Source: an uncultured Granulicella sp. (GTDB lineage: Bacteria; Acidobacteriota; Terriglobia; Terriglobales; Acidobacteriaceae). From it: 61,471 bases of DNA. The stretch spans positions 1-61,471 of the forward strand of contig CALMON010000012.1 in NCBI GenBank assembly GCA_937871785.1, read 5' to 3'. The notes under the pieces are model-generated. The model searched no databases. It was given only the letters and a program-made list of their open reading frames with translations, and had not been told where the DNA came from. Position numbers and translations under genes: made by a program. Shown piece by piece: positions 18,786 to 28,447 of the stretch; positions within the stretch are counted from its first letter, which is position 1; each line of letters starts with the position of its first letter.

Positions 18786-19486
18786 GGACCGTTCTGCAAT
18801 TCACGCGGGTTCCGCGTCCGCCTTCCGCAGAACCGGTCAAGGCCGTGCTTTTACTGTTGCACGGCATCGGGACCAACGAGCAGACCATGCTCCCGCTCGC
18901 AGCCGGTGCGGACCCCCGCTTGGATGTACTCAGCCTGCGCGCGCCGCTTGCCGCTGGCCCATCCGCATACCAGTGGTTCGCTCTTCGGCTTACGGATCAA
19001 GGCCGGCAGACCGATGCGGTTGCGGCCGAGCAATCCCGTTTGGCGGTGCTCGATTTCATCCGCGACTATCGCGCGCACTATCCGGACAGGGCGGTATACC
19101 TGATGGGCTTCAGCCAGGGGGCGGTCATGGCTCTGCTCACGGCGCTGACCGCTCCTGAGGATGTACAGGGGGCGGTGTGCTTCAGCGGCCGCTTTCCAGT
19201 CGAGTTTCTGGACCGCATCGCGCCGGAAGAAAGGCTCCGGCGTACACAGCTATGGGTCGCGCATGGCCGCGGCGATACGATGCTTTCGATCACCTATGGG
19301 CGAGACGTACTGGACCTGCTAGTCCGGACGAAAACGCCTCATCGCTACGAGGAGTTCGCCGGAGGCCACGAGATCCCTGTTCTGGTCCAGCAGGCGGCGC
19401 ATACTTGGCTCCATCGCCTGCTGGACCTGAACAAGACAACTGCGAACGCGCTCAATCAGCCACCGGCGACGCCTTCGGCCTGCTGA
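18782..19486 (+). CDS. alpha/beta hydrolase (phospholipase/carboxylesterase, MhqD-like)
   Basis: LLLHGIGTNE, GFSQGA nucleophile, HGRGD, GGHEI; TTG start overlapping the previous stop. Confidence 0.88.
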   Translation: MRTVLQFTRVPRPPSAEPVKAVLLLLHGIGTNEQTMLPLAAGADPRLDVLSLRAPLAAGPSAYQWFALRLTDQGRQTDAVAAEQSRLAVLDFIRDYRAHYPDRAVYLMGFSQGAVMALLTALTAPEDVQGAVCFSGRFPVEFLDRIAPEERLRRTQLWVAHGRGDTMLSITYGRDVLDLLVRTKTPHRYEEFAGGHEIPVLVQQAAHTWLHRLLDLNKTTANALNQPPATPSAC

Positions 19487-19952
19487 ATACGATCGTTCGC
19501 AAGCGGCTCGCCCGCGGCCATCTGACGTCGTGGACGCAACCAACGTACAGCCCGAAGCTCGCAAGACCCTCATCGCGCTCGCCAAGGAATTCCACCTCTT
19601 TGCCGAAGCCATTGTCTCGATCTTTCGGACCGGCTCTGCCAGGCCGCGATGTTGCGCGCCCGGATCGACAGTTTGGACCTATGACGAATTGATCGAACTC
19701 ATGGCAAAGCTCGGCTACACGGTCGAAGAGCACGAAGGGCAGTCTAAGGTCTCGTCTCCGGAAGGTCGCAAGCTGGTGTTTGTGGGTGACCTGGTGGACC
19801 ATGGGCCCGGCACCGTGCAGGTCCTCAGGTTGGTGCTGAGCATGGTTGCGTCCGGCCAGGCATTCTGCGTGCCCGGCAATCACGAAATCATCTGGTCCGC
19901 GCGCTGCCTGGCAAGGATGAGAAGCGACGCACGGCCTGGCCGGAAGAACTAA
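19450..19952 (+). pseudogene. pnkp: decayed polynucleotide kinase-phosphatase (Pnkp) remnant
   Basis: Across frames: QSATGDAFGLLNTIVRKRLARGHLT / VDATNVQPEARK (kinase), then YDELIELMAKLGY...RKLVFVGDLVDHGP...FCVPGNHE (metallophosphoesterase); frameshifts and a large internal deletion. Confidence 0.8.
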
Positions 19953-20170
19953 ACGCGGCGGAGTTGAAGGAGTTCGAGGCGCTTGCGGCGCGGTGGAAGC
20001 AGACGCCGTCGGAGCTGATCCGTGGGCTTGTGCTGCGCGAGATCGAGCTGGAAAAAGAGCCTGCGCCGGAGTTGCGGGCGAGCGTGGAGCTGGAGAGGAG
20101 ATCACGCGTTGCGTCTGCTGATCACGAACGTGCTGCCGAAGCTGTTGGTCGGTATGAGGCGACGATGGCT
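19950..20170 (+). pseudogene. remnant of small CopG/RHH-like plasmid protein
   Basis: LNAAELKEFEALAARWKQTPSELIRGLVLREIELE..., continuing in another frame ALRLLITNVLPKLLVG. Confidence 0.4.
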
Positions 20171-20246
20171 TGGCTGGGACATGGCTGCATCCCGAATCTA
20201 CGATGCTACCTTGCAATCATGCCACGATGTGGAATAATTGCAGGGT

Positions 20247-21479
20247 ATGGTTCGTCGCGAAGCTGCATTGCGCCTTGTCGGTCTGCTCAGGCGATTTCCT
20301 GCCGTTGCGTTGCTTGGACCCCGGCAGGTCGGTAAGACAACCCTGGCTCTCAGCCTTAAGGGTACGGGAAATGCTCCTCCTCACTATCTCGATCTTGAGC
20401 TCCCCTCAGACCGCGCCAAACTGTCCGACCCGGAACTGTACCTGTCAGCCTACGAAGATCGCTTGGTGATTCTTGACGAGATTCACCGTCTTCCAGGAAT
20501 TTTCCAAGTGCTTCGCGGCTTGATCGATCAAAGAAAGCGGAAGGGCAAACGCACAGGCCAGTTCCTTCTTCTTGGGTCGGCATCCATCGACCTTTTGCAA
20601 CAGTCGGCCGAAACTCTTGCAGGCAGGATCGCGTACACAGAATTGACTCCTTTCCTTGATGGAGAAGTCGCGGATCTCGCCCCCACCGCTCCCTCGACGC
20701 TTTGGGTGAGAGGCGGGTTTCCGGATAGCTTTTTAGCCGAGTCTGAAGGTGAAAGCTACGAGTGGCGCTCTGCATTTATTCAGACGTATCTGGATCGCGA
20801 TGTTCCCTCTCTTGGACCGCGCATCCCGGCTGAGACACTCCATCGATTCTGGCAGATGCTCGCCCATAACCAAGGGCAAATGTTGAATGCTGCTCAGTTG
20901 GCAGCGGGTCTGGGGATCAGCGGTCAGACGGTCGCACGATATCTGGACATCATGGTGGATCTCCTGCTTGTGCGACGCCTGCAGCCGTGGTCCGCCAACA
21001 TTGGAAAGCGCCTCGTTCGCTCCCCTAAGGTTTACGTTCGAGACAGTGGGCTGCTACATACTCTGATGGGTATACGGGACCAAGAGACCCTGCTAGGGCA
21101 TCCCGTCGTGGGAGCGAGTTGGGAAGGCATGCTCATCGAAAACATCCTGAGCGCGGTACCAGCAAACACTCCTGCCTGGTTTTACCGAACCGCGGTTGGT
21201 GCGGAGATCGACCTCGTGCTAGAAGTCAAGCCGAATCAGCGCTGGGCGATTGAGATCAAACGCTCTCTCGGCGACCCGAAGCCTCGAAGGGGTTTCTTTA
21301 TCGGTTGTGAAGACATCGGGGCTGTGAGACAGATCGTGCTGTACCCAGGCGCGGAAAGCTACAAGCTCGATGCAAAGACTGAAGTCATGTCGTTGCATCA
21401 ACTTCTCTCTGTCGAATTCGCTGGTTTGTTTACTACAGAGACATCCCGTTCCGAGACCGTACTTGAGGCCAACGGATGA
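20247..21479 (+). CDS. AAA+ ATPase with DUF4143 (PD-(D/E)xK-like) C-terminal domain
   Basis: GPRQVGKTT Walker A, VILDEIH Walker B, LLGSAS, RGGFP, SPKVYVRDSGL, GAEIDLV..AIEIK. Confidence 0.93.
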   Translation: MVRREAALRLVGLLRRFPAVALLGPRQVGKTTLALSLKGTGNAPPHYLDLELPSDRAKLSDPELYLSAYEDRLVILDEIHRLPGIFQVLRGLIDQRKRKGKRTGQFLLLGSASIDLLQQSAETLAGRIAYTELTPFLDGEVADLAPTAPSTLWVRGGFPDSFLAESEGESYEWRSAFIQTYLDRDVPSLGPRIPAETLHRFWQMLAHNQGQMLNAAQLAAGLGISGQTVARYLDIMVDLLLVRRLQPWSANIGKRLVRSPKVYVRDSGLLHTLMGIRDQETLLGHPVVGASWEGMLIENILSAVPANTPAWFYRTAVGAEIDLVLEVKPNQRWAIEIKRSLGDPKPRRGFFIGCEDIGAVRQIVLYPGAESYKLDAKTEVMSLHQLLSVEFAGLFTTETSRSETVLEANG

Positions 21480-21552
21480 ATCGATATACGTTCTACAATC
21501 TGACAGTAGCGCGGATTGCTTGCCGCAACCAGCCTCTTTTCTGGACCGAGAC

Positions 21553-22245
21553 ATGCCTCCTCAAGACTCGACGTTGCGGGCATGGTGGCCAACGACCCAG
21601 TCGCTCGACGTCGTCTATGGCGATCTTCCATCGATCGCGGCGGCTCTCGAATCCGAGTTTTTGCGGTTCGCCGGTGTAGCGGGACTGGAGACGAGTTGGC
21701 GCCGCTTTGGCGGACTCGGAACAGCTTTTGAAAGCGCCTCGTTCTTCACGAATGTGACTACCCACGTTGTTGCGCTTCCAACTCATTCCAACTGGGTCGT
21801 GCTCTGGAACAACAATTTCTTGTGTGATGGGTATGACTCTCTGTGCTGGAATCTCACCACGCGTTACGGATTTATAACGCTTCATTGGCGTGCGAGTGAT
21901 GAAACGACCACCTTCCAGCCGGGCACCAGTTTCACTCACAGGAGTATGAACGGAGCTCACCTTGTTGAGCGAGCCGTTGCCTCGATCCAGGAAGACCGGC
22001 GCTGGATCTTTCACCAGGTTGGGCCACCTCTGCCGGAAGAAGACAGCGCGAAGTACACGCTTCGAAGACGGCGCGACCGACTGAACGAGAAAAGCATGAT
22101 GGACATGCTGGCCCGGCTCGGTGCGAATCCCTGGTCGGAGAGCTTCTACGATCTCGAGCGAAGAGACGCCTTTGTTCTGTCCAGGCAGGTTCCCGTGAAG
22201 GCCATTCAACGAACTCCCGAACAGGTGGTCACAGGGGTCGCCTGA
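21553..22245 (+). CDS. hypothetical protein
   Basis: Long ORF with plausible coding composition; ATG at 21553 chosen within 21370..22245; no family recognised. Confidence 0.65.
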   Translation: MPPQDSTLRAWWPTTQSLDVVYGDLPSIAAALESEFLRFAGVAGLETSWRRFGGLGTAFESASFFTNVTTHVVALPTHSNWVVLWNNNFLCDGYDSLCWNLTTRYGFITLHWRASDETTTFQPGTSFTHRSMNGAHLVERAVASIQEDRRWIFHQVGPPLPEEDSAKYTLRRRRDRLNEKSMMDMLARLGANPWSESFYDLERRDAFVLSRQVPVKAIQRTPEQVVTGVA

Positions 22246-22960
22246 TGCTGTAGCCTCCACGCGTAAGTTTCTGGCAGCCGATCATGAATGAGCGCTCGGC
22301 ATACAGCGCGATCGTTGACTGCAAGGCCGTACAGAGTACAAGCATCGGCTTCCTGATCCGAGTAGCATCATGCCCCTTTCAGGAACATTCGTGAGTTTGG
22401 TGGCTAAGCGGGCCATGTATCGTATGCCTGAGAGAGGCGATTCGGGGTGTTTTCTTTATAAGAAAGATGTTTTGGACGCCAGAGGACTTGCATGAACGCA
22501 CCCCAGGGTGTCATGAAGTACCAAACCCTTTCACCCCGTTTTACGTCACCTTTAGCTTCTAAGGGACCTGCGAGGATCTCCGCTCCGTGCTGCTTCAAAA
22601 AATGCCGCCGCAGCGTCGATATCGTCCGCGCAAGGCCTGCAGCAAGACGCAAAAGATGCTGCGCGCAGCTCTTGAGCAGCTTCAAACCGGCCTTTATCGC
22701 TACAACACACGGCAGCAGAGGGACGCGGCGTTTGATCGCCTTGTGGCCCGACTTTACAAAGGACGAGACACTGAAAGCGCCTTTCTGCGGTTGTCGGCCG
22801 TTACGGCGCAGGTCCGTTGCGGGCACACGTACCCCAGTTTCATCGGTCGGATGATGGCGCGTGGAAGCGGTGAGCGCACACTCGACCGTTGGAACCAGCG
22901 CCTAACGTCTGAAGGCATCGATCGCCTCTTTATAAAGATACCAGGGTGTACGTTTTTCGC

Positions 22961-23011
22961 TTGACAGTCTTCCTCCGCACGGCATATATATCAGTACCGT
23001 ACTGAACGGTT
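22961..23011 (+). promoter_or_regulatory. sigma70-type promoter with palindromic operator upstream of the monooxygenase operon
   Basis: TTGACA 22961-66, TATATA 22985-90, then ACCGT-ACTGA-ACGGT at 22996-23010. Confidence 0.65.
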
Positions 23012-23030
23012 AAGCTATTCGGTTTGGTAC

Positions 23031-24332
23031 ATGGCCAGGAAGGACCCTGAGACGATGAGTGTTCTGGTAGCAGGCGAAACCGCAAATACATCGGCGATGT
23101 CAGGAGAGCGCGTGAGCAGTTCCCCTACGTTCCCGGACGCGCAAGCGACTCAAGAAAGTCCCTCCGCCACCCGGGCTCGGCTGCTTGAAGCCGCCAAGTC
23201 GATCGCGGGGACGCTGAACGAGGGCGGAGCGCCGGCGGACCGGGAAGGTCAGCTTACGGAGGCGTCTGTAGCCGCCCTGACCGAGCACGGGTTCTGGCGT
23301 ATGCGGCTTTGCCGGGAGTTAGGCGGGTTTGAACTTCCGATCGTCACGCAGCTTGAGGTGCTGGCCGCTTTGGCTGCGGAGGATACCTCCAGCGCCTGGT
23401 GCACGATGGTGGCGAACAATGGCCTCGCCATGCTCGGCGGCACGATGCCCGAAGCGGCCGTGGGGCGGATCTTCGCCGAAGGAATTCCCCGCTGCTCGAT
23501 CGTGGCTTCACCCGGTGGTTCTGCGACGCCGACGGCGGGTGGTTTCTTGCTGAATGGGACATGGCGTCTCGCAAGTGCAATCCGTCATGCGGCCTGGGTG
23601 TATGCGACCGCGCTGGTAGAGCGCGACCCTTCGCGCGTGTTGCCGCTGGCCATTCCGGCGGCGGACGTGGAGCTGCTCAACACATGGGACGTTGTCGGGC
23701 TCGCAGGCACCGGCTCTCACGACTTCAAGCTGACCGACTACTTTCTGCCGACGGAACTGGCGGGCCGCGAAGACGCGCCGTTTGCGCAGGTTCGCGGGAC
23801 GCGGCGGTACGATCTCGTGCAGGTCGAACACCTTGAAAGCTACGAGCATCTCGCCTTTGCCATCGGTGTGGCCCGGCGTGCGCTGCATGAACTGCGTGCG
23901 ATCTTCTCAAAACCTGTACCGGGCCGTTACGTCGCCGACCGGGAAATCGTTGAAGATGAAATGGGCAAAGCCGTGGTCAAGCTCCATGCCGTGGAAGCCC
24001 TCGCCCATGCGCTGTTTACAAGGATCGATGCGGCGGCGTGCGGTGAGCCACAATCCTGGCTGAAGACCGAGCGGCACCTGCCTCGCGCGCTGGCGTCGTG
24101 GGCTACGAGCCTCGCCTTGGAGTGCGTGCAGTTAGCTTTCCATCGGGCTGGCTTGGCGGCTCTCCGCAGGCCCAATCTTTTTGAAAAGCTGCTGCGCGAT
24201 ATGAGCATCGCTGCCACACACGTGGTTGTCGACGATCTGGCCTTTCCCACCTATGCCCAGCATTTGATCGAAACAGGAGCTCCGCTGGGGCTTGGGGCAT
24301 TCACCTTCAATCTGACGGCGCGGGAGGCATAG
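23031..24332 (+). CDS. acyl-CoA dehydrogenase-fold group D flavin-dependent monooxygenase (1 of 4)
   Basis: LNGTWRLASAIRHA, TWDVVGLAGTGSHD, LLRDM....H. Confidence 0.88.
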   Translation: MARKDPETMSVLVAGETANTSAMSGERVSSSPTFPDAQATQESPSATRARLLEAAKSIAGTLNEGGAPADREGQLTEASVAALTEHGFWRMRLCRELGGFELPIVTQLEVLAALAAEDTSSAWCTMVANNGLAMLGGTMPEAAVGRIFAEGIPRCSIVASPGGSATPTAGGFLLNGTWRLASAIRHAAWVYATALVERDPSRVLPLAIPAADVELLNTWDVVGLAGTGSHDFKLTDYFLPTELAGREDAPFAQVRGTRRYDLVQVEHLESYEHLAFAIGVARRALHELRAIFSKPVPGRYVADREIVEDEMGKAVVKLHAVEALAHALFTRIDAAACGEPQSWLKTERHLPRALASWATSLALECVQLAFHRAGLAALRRPNLFEKLLRDMSIAATHVVVDDLAFPTYAQHLIETGAPLGLGAFTFNLTAREA

Positions 24333-24334
24333 TT

Positions 24335-24829
24335 ATGGACCCTCAAAGCTACCGGCAGTTTTTCGGGCAGCTCCCCACAGGCGTTACGGCCATCGTCGGC
24401 AAGTCGGCGACCGGCCCTGTGGGCTTGGTGGTCGGCACGTTTTCTTCGGTGTCTCTCGACCCGCCTCTGGTGAGTTTTATGGTGACCAAGAGCTCGCGCT
24501 CGTGGGCGGCGATCCAGGCGCTGGGCCGGTTCACGGCCAACATCCTGGCCAGCGACCAGCGGCGGTTGAGCCAGACGCTGTCCGGCTGGTCGCCCGACAA
24601 GTTCCGGAATGTGATGTTCGACGAAGGAGAAGCACACATCCTCCAGGGCTGCCTTGCCTGGGCCGACTGTGTTCTGGAACGCGAGATCGAAGCCGGCGAT
24701 CACACGATCGTGCTGGCGAGACCCTGCGAATTGAATGTCGTTCGAACCGCAAAGCCGCTCATCTTCTTCCAGCGGGCCTACCACCGCACCCTGCCGGTGG
24801 AAGACGCACGCGGACCGGGATGGGCGTAA
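24335..24829 (+). CDS. flavin reductase (HpaC/HsaB family)
   Basis: YRQFFGQLPTGVT, FSSVSLDPPLV, AGDHTIVL, PLIFFQRAY. Confidence 0.93.
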   Translation: MDPQSYRQFFGQLPTGVTAIVGKSATGPVGLVVGTFSSVSLDPPLVSFMVTKSSRSWAAIQALGRFTANILASDQRRLSQTLSGWSPDKFRNVMFDEGEAHILQGCLAWADCVLEREIEAGDHTIVLARPCELNVVRTAKPLIFFQRAYHRTLPVEDARGPGWA

Positions 24830-24887
24830 GCCAACGGTTTCCAAGCAGAGATGCGTACCGCAGATGAGTTTCAAAGGAGACAGAACC

Positions 24888-26090
24888 ATGACTAGTTCCA
24901 CTCTTGAAATGGTCGATCTATCCCGTGCCGAGTTGTTGGACGAGGCACAGGAGGTTGGCGAATTCGCTTGCAGCCGCCGTCAGGAATCGGAGCGAAACCG
25001 CCGGATGCCCGACGCCGTTGTCGAAAAGCTACGGGCCAGCGGTCTGATGAAGCTTTGCCGCCATCGCAAATGGGGCGGCGCGGAAGCAGACCCCATGACG
25101 TTCTTGGACGTCGGCCGAGAGATTGCCCGCGGCTCTGCGTCACTCGGCTGGATCTTTTCGGTGCTGGGCTTCCACGAGTGGTACATGTCCTTCGCTTCCG
25201 ACGAACTGCAAAGGGAAGTCTGGGGCAAGAACCCCGATGCGTTTATCTGCGACTCCTTTGCTCCTGTTGGACAAATTGAGAAGGTCAGCGACGGCTACAC
25301 GCTCACCGGTAACTGGCGCTTTGTGAGCGGCATCGAGTGGTCTTCGTGGGTCGCGGTGGGCGGGATCGCCGTCGCGCCGGATGGCGAACATCCGGAGCAC
25401 CTCATGTTCTTCATCCCTCGTGAAGATGTTTCCGTTCACGATGACTGGAACACGCTTGGCCTCAAGGGCACGGCCAGCCGCGCGATCTCCGTGGCACCTA
25501 CGTTTGTGCCGAACCACAGGGTGTTCGCGCTGGGAAGGCTTGCCGGCGCGGAAGACCGTGGACCGGTGGCCGACGATGGACCGCTTTGGCGTATGCCGTT
25601 GATGACCATGCAGGGCCTGGCGATCCTCACGCCCTCGGTCGGCATTGCGCAGCGCGTCGTGGAAGAGTTCACGACCTGGACCAAAGGCCGGATTCGCCCC
25701 TACGAAAACGGCGCAGCGGCGCGCGAAGCTCCGGCTCCGCAGTTCGCTCTGGCTTCCGCGGCGACACAGTGGGATGCTACCTGGGCGCTCGCACAGCAAT
25801 ACGCGCAGGAAGGCTGGGAGCGCGGGCTGAACGGAAAGAGCTGGGTCCTGACCGAGGAAGAACGCGCACGGTACTTCGCATGGCGCGGCTACATCGGGCG
25901 TACGTCGGTTGAGCTGAGCGATCAGCTTTTCATCGGCTCCGGTGCCATGGCTTTGTTCGACACGCACCCCTTGCAGCAGCTCTTTCGCGACGTGCATTCA
26001 ACCGGAGTCCACATCGGCGTCGACCGGGCGGATGCCTACACCAGCCGTGGACGGGTAGCGATGGGCTTCCCAGGGCATGCTTTTCACTAA
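24888..26090 (+). CDS. group D flavin-dependent monooxygenase, HsaA-like (2 of 4)
   Basis: GNWRFVSGIEWS, DDWNTLGLKGTASR, HPLQQLFRDVH...H; AAGGAG RBS. Confidence 0.92.
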   Translation: MTSSTLEMVDLSRAELLDEAQEVGEFACSRRQESERNRRMPDAVVEKLRASGLMKLCRHRKWGGAEADPMTFLDVGREIARGSASLGWIFSVLGFHEWYMSFASDELQREVWGKNPDAFICDSFAPVGQIEKVSDGYTLTGNWRFVSGIEWSSWVAVGGIAVAPDGEHPEHLMFFIPREDVSVHDDWNTLGLKGTASRAISVAPTFVPNHRVFALGRLAGAEDRGPVADDGPLWRMPLMTMQGLAILTPSVGIAQRVVEEFTTWTKGRIRPYENGAAAREAPAPQFALASAATQWDATWALAQQYAQEGWERGLNGKSWVLTEEERARYFAWRGYIGRTSVELSDQLFIGSGAMALFDTHPLQQLFRDVHSTGVHIGVDRADAYTSRGRVAMGFPGHAFH

Positions 26091-26111
26091 ACAGAACCCG
26101 AGAGGATCACT

Positions 26112-27311
26112 ATGTCGATGACCACTGTTATGACGACGCACCTTCAAGAAACAACGACCTCGCTGGATGGTATCCTCGAAACCTTTCGTGAGCTTTCGCC
26201 AGCCATCCGCGCACGCGCTGTGCAGTCGGAAGAAAACCGCTCCATTCCCAAGGAGTCGGCGCGGGAGTTTCTCGACGCCGGCCTGGCGCGCGTGCTGATG
26301 CCGAAGCGCTTTGGCGGAGCCGAGCTTGGTCTGCAGGCCTGGGTCGATATCGCCATCGAAATCGGCAAGGCCGACGCCGCTCACGCCTGGTGCGCCAGCC
26401 TGTTGATGCACCATCCGCATTACCTTGCCCAGTTTCCCGACGAGGCGCAGGAAGCCGTCTGGTCGTCAGGACCCGACGTCGCGATCGCCGCCACCTTTAC
26501 GCCGACGTCCAAAGTGGAGCCTGTCGAAGGCGGCTACAACATCATCTCCTGCTCCATTCCCTACCTGAGCGGGATCAACCACAGCACCTGGGTGATCATC
26601 GGCGGTATGCTTCCTACCGGCGGCCCGCCGGACTGGACGCTCTTCCTGATCCCTCCCGGCAAGTTCAAGGTTGTCGATACATGGCACACAGCCGGTATGC
26701 GCGGCACCGGAAGCAACACGGTCATTGTTGAAAACGTGTTTGTGCCGACCGAGCATACGTTGCGCGTGGCGGACATGCGCGATGCCAGCACACCGGGCGC
26801 CAAGAACAACGACGCCCCCATGTACCATGCGCCGTGGATCACGTATGCGCCGCTCACGTTCCTGGCACCCATGCTGGGAGCCGCGCTCGGTGCGCTCGAA
26901 GACTACCGCAGCTGGACGGCGAAGCGCGCCAGCCTCTTCGGCGCGCAGGTGGCGGAGTTCACGAGCATTCAGGTGCATGTCGCTCGCGCTGCCGCCGATC
27001 TTGACGCAGCCGAGTTGTTGATGCGGCGTTGCGTCGAAGTGGCGGAAGCCGACGAGCCTGCCTCGGAGGAGCTTCGCGCTCGAGCGTACCGCGATCAGGC
27101 CCGGGCTTCCGAGCTCATCGTGGGAGCGATGGACACCATCATGAAGATCTCCGGGGCTGCCGGCTTCGCCGCTACCAGCAGCATCCAGAGAGCCTGGCGC
27201 GACGTCCATTTCGCGTCCAGTCACGTGATCCTCAACCCTGAAGTAAGCTTTGCCGCCTGGGGCCGCCAGCAGTTTGGGCTCGACCGCGATCAAAAGCAGA
27301 TCATGTATTAA
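26112..27311 (+). CDS. group D flavin-dependent monooxygenase, HsaA-like (3 of 4)
   Basis: YLSGINHS, DTWHTAGMRGTGSNT, IQRAWRDVHFASSH. Confidence 0.92.
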   Translation: MSMTTVMTTHLQETTTSLDGILETFRELSPAIRARAVQSEENRSIPKESAREFLDAGLARVLMPKRFGGAELGLQAWVDIAIEIGKADAAHAWCASLLMHHPHYLAQFPDEAQEAVWSSGPDVAIAATFTPTSKVEPVEGGYNIISCSIPYLSGINHSTWVIIGGMLPTGGPPDWTLFLIPPGKFKVVDTWHTAGMRGTGSNTVIVENVFVPTEHTLRVADMRDASTPGAKNNDAPMYHAPWITYAPLTFLAPMLGAALGALEDYRSWTAKRASLFGAQVAEFTSIQVHVARAAADLDAAELLMRRCVEVAEADEPASEELRARAYRDQARASELIVGAMDTIMKISGAAGFAATSSIQRAWRDVHFASSHVILNPEVSFAAWGRQQFGLDRDQKQIMY

Positions 27312-27323
27312 GCAGGAGATGTC

Positions 27324-28394
27324 ATGGCGTTTTGGACACGACGTACGTTTGTCAGTTCGACCCTTGCTGCTGCCGGCACACTGTCGGCAGCAGCGAGGGG
27401 CTACGCTCAAAGAGCAGGAACCGGGAGGACAGCCGTGAACGCGAACCGTATCGATGTGCATCAGCATCTGCTGCCGCCCGAGTTCGTGGCAGCACTGGAC
27501 AAGCACGGCATGAGCGCGTGGGCACCCTTTAGCTGGAGCGCCGAAGGGGCCATCGCCATGATGGATGAGCAACAGATCGCTACCGGCATCTTGTCGCTCT
27601 CGACCCCTGGCCCAAACCTCGGCGACGATGCCGAAGGACGCGTTCTGACCAAGCAGGTGAACGAACGTCTTGCAGACCTGGTGAAGGCAAAGCCCGATCG
27701 CTTCGGCATGTTCGCCTCCGTGCCGCTGCCCGACATCGACGGCTCTCTCGAGGCCATCCGCCACGCCTATGACGACCTCGGAACGGATGGCGTCGTTCTT
27801 CTAACCAACACGCGAGGCATGTACCTTGGCGACCCGGCCTTCGAGCCGGTGATGGCAGAGCTGAACCGGCGCAAGGCCGTCATTCTGATCCATCCGGGGC
27901 CTCTCCCCGGGCCGCCCATCAAGGGTATTCATCCCTCGCTGGCTGACTTTTGCCTGGATACAACACGTGCCGCCATCAGCCTTGTCTCAAACGGCGTGCC
28001 GCGCCGCTATCCGCAGCTTCGCATGATTCTGGCCCACGCCGGGGGCTTTGTTCCGTATGCCGCGTACCGCATTTCCAGCCTGTCGAACGTGATCAACCCG
28101 AACGTGGATGCTCAGGCTATGCTGGAAGATTTGTCGAGTTTCTACTTCGACACCGCGCTTTCCGGAAGCCCGACCGTTCTCCCCAGTCTGCTTCCGTTTG
28201 CGAAACCGGGGCATGTTTTATATGGCTCCGATTGGCCGTATTCTCCGAACAAAACAGTGGGGTTCTTTACCGGCAATCTGGATGCCTACAAAGGTCTCGA
28301 TAGCGCCGGTCACGCTGCCCTCAATCGTAAAAACGGCGAAGCCTTGTTTCCGCGTCTTGCGAAATACACTTCAGCCGCCAAGGTCACAGGTTAG
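27324..28394 (+). CDS. amidohydrolase_2 family (ACMSD/6-methylsalicylate-decarboxylase-like) with Tat-like signal
   Basis: TRRTFV twin-arginine motif; IDVHQH, ILIHP, LAHAGGF, LYGSDWPY. Confidence 0.9.
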   Translation: MAFWTRRTFVSSTLAAAGTLSAAARGYAQRAGTGRTAVNANRIDVHQHLLPPEFVAALDKHGMSAWAPFSWSAEGAIAMMDEQQIATGILSLSTPGPNLGDDAEGRVLTKQVNERLADLVKAKPDRFGMFASVPLPDIDGSLEAIRHAYDDLGTDGVVLLTNTRGMYLGDPAFEPVMAELNRRKAVILIHPGPLPGPPIKGIHPSLADFCLDTTRAAISLVSNGVPRRYPQLRMILAHAGGFVPYAAYRISSLSNVINPNVDAQAMLEDLSSFYFDTALSGSPTVLPSLLPFAKPGHVLYGSDWPYSPNKTVGFFTGNLDAYKGLDSAGHAALNRKNGEALFPRLAKYTSAAKVTG

Positions 28395-28447
28395 TCGTCG
28401 CCACTCATAAGTACGCCAGATCATTCGGAAGGCAGGGAAGGGGGATC

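Noticed and set aside
22587-22964. 125-aa + strand ORF before the monooxygenase promoter
   Set aside because: No recognisable family, RBS or motif, and competing ORFs on both strands; cannot be supported
26466-27764. Long antisense ORFs (e.g. 432 aa here; also 44871..45899, 55073..56011, 57392..58222)
   Set aside because: Shadow ORFs opposite well-supported genes in high-GC DNA, with no recognisable motifs
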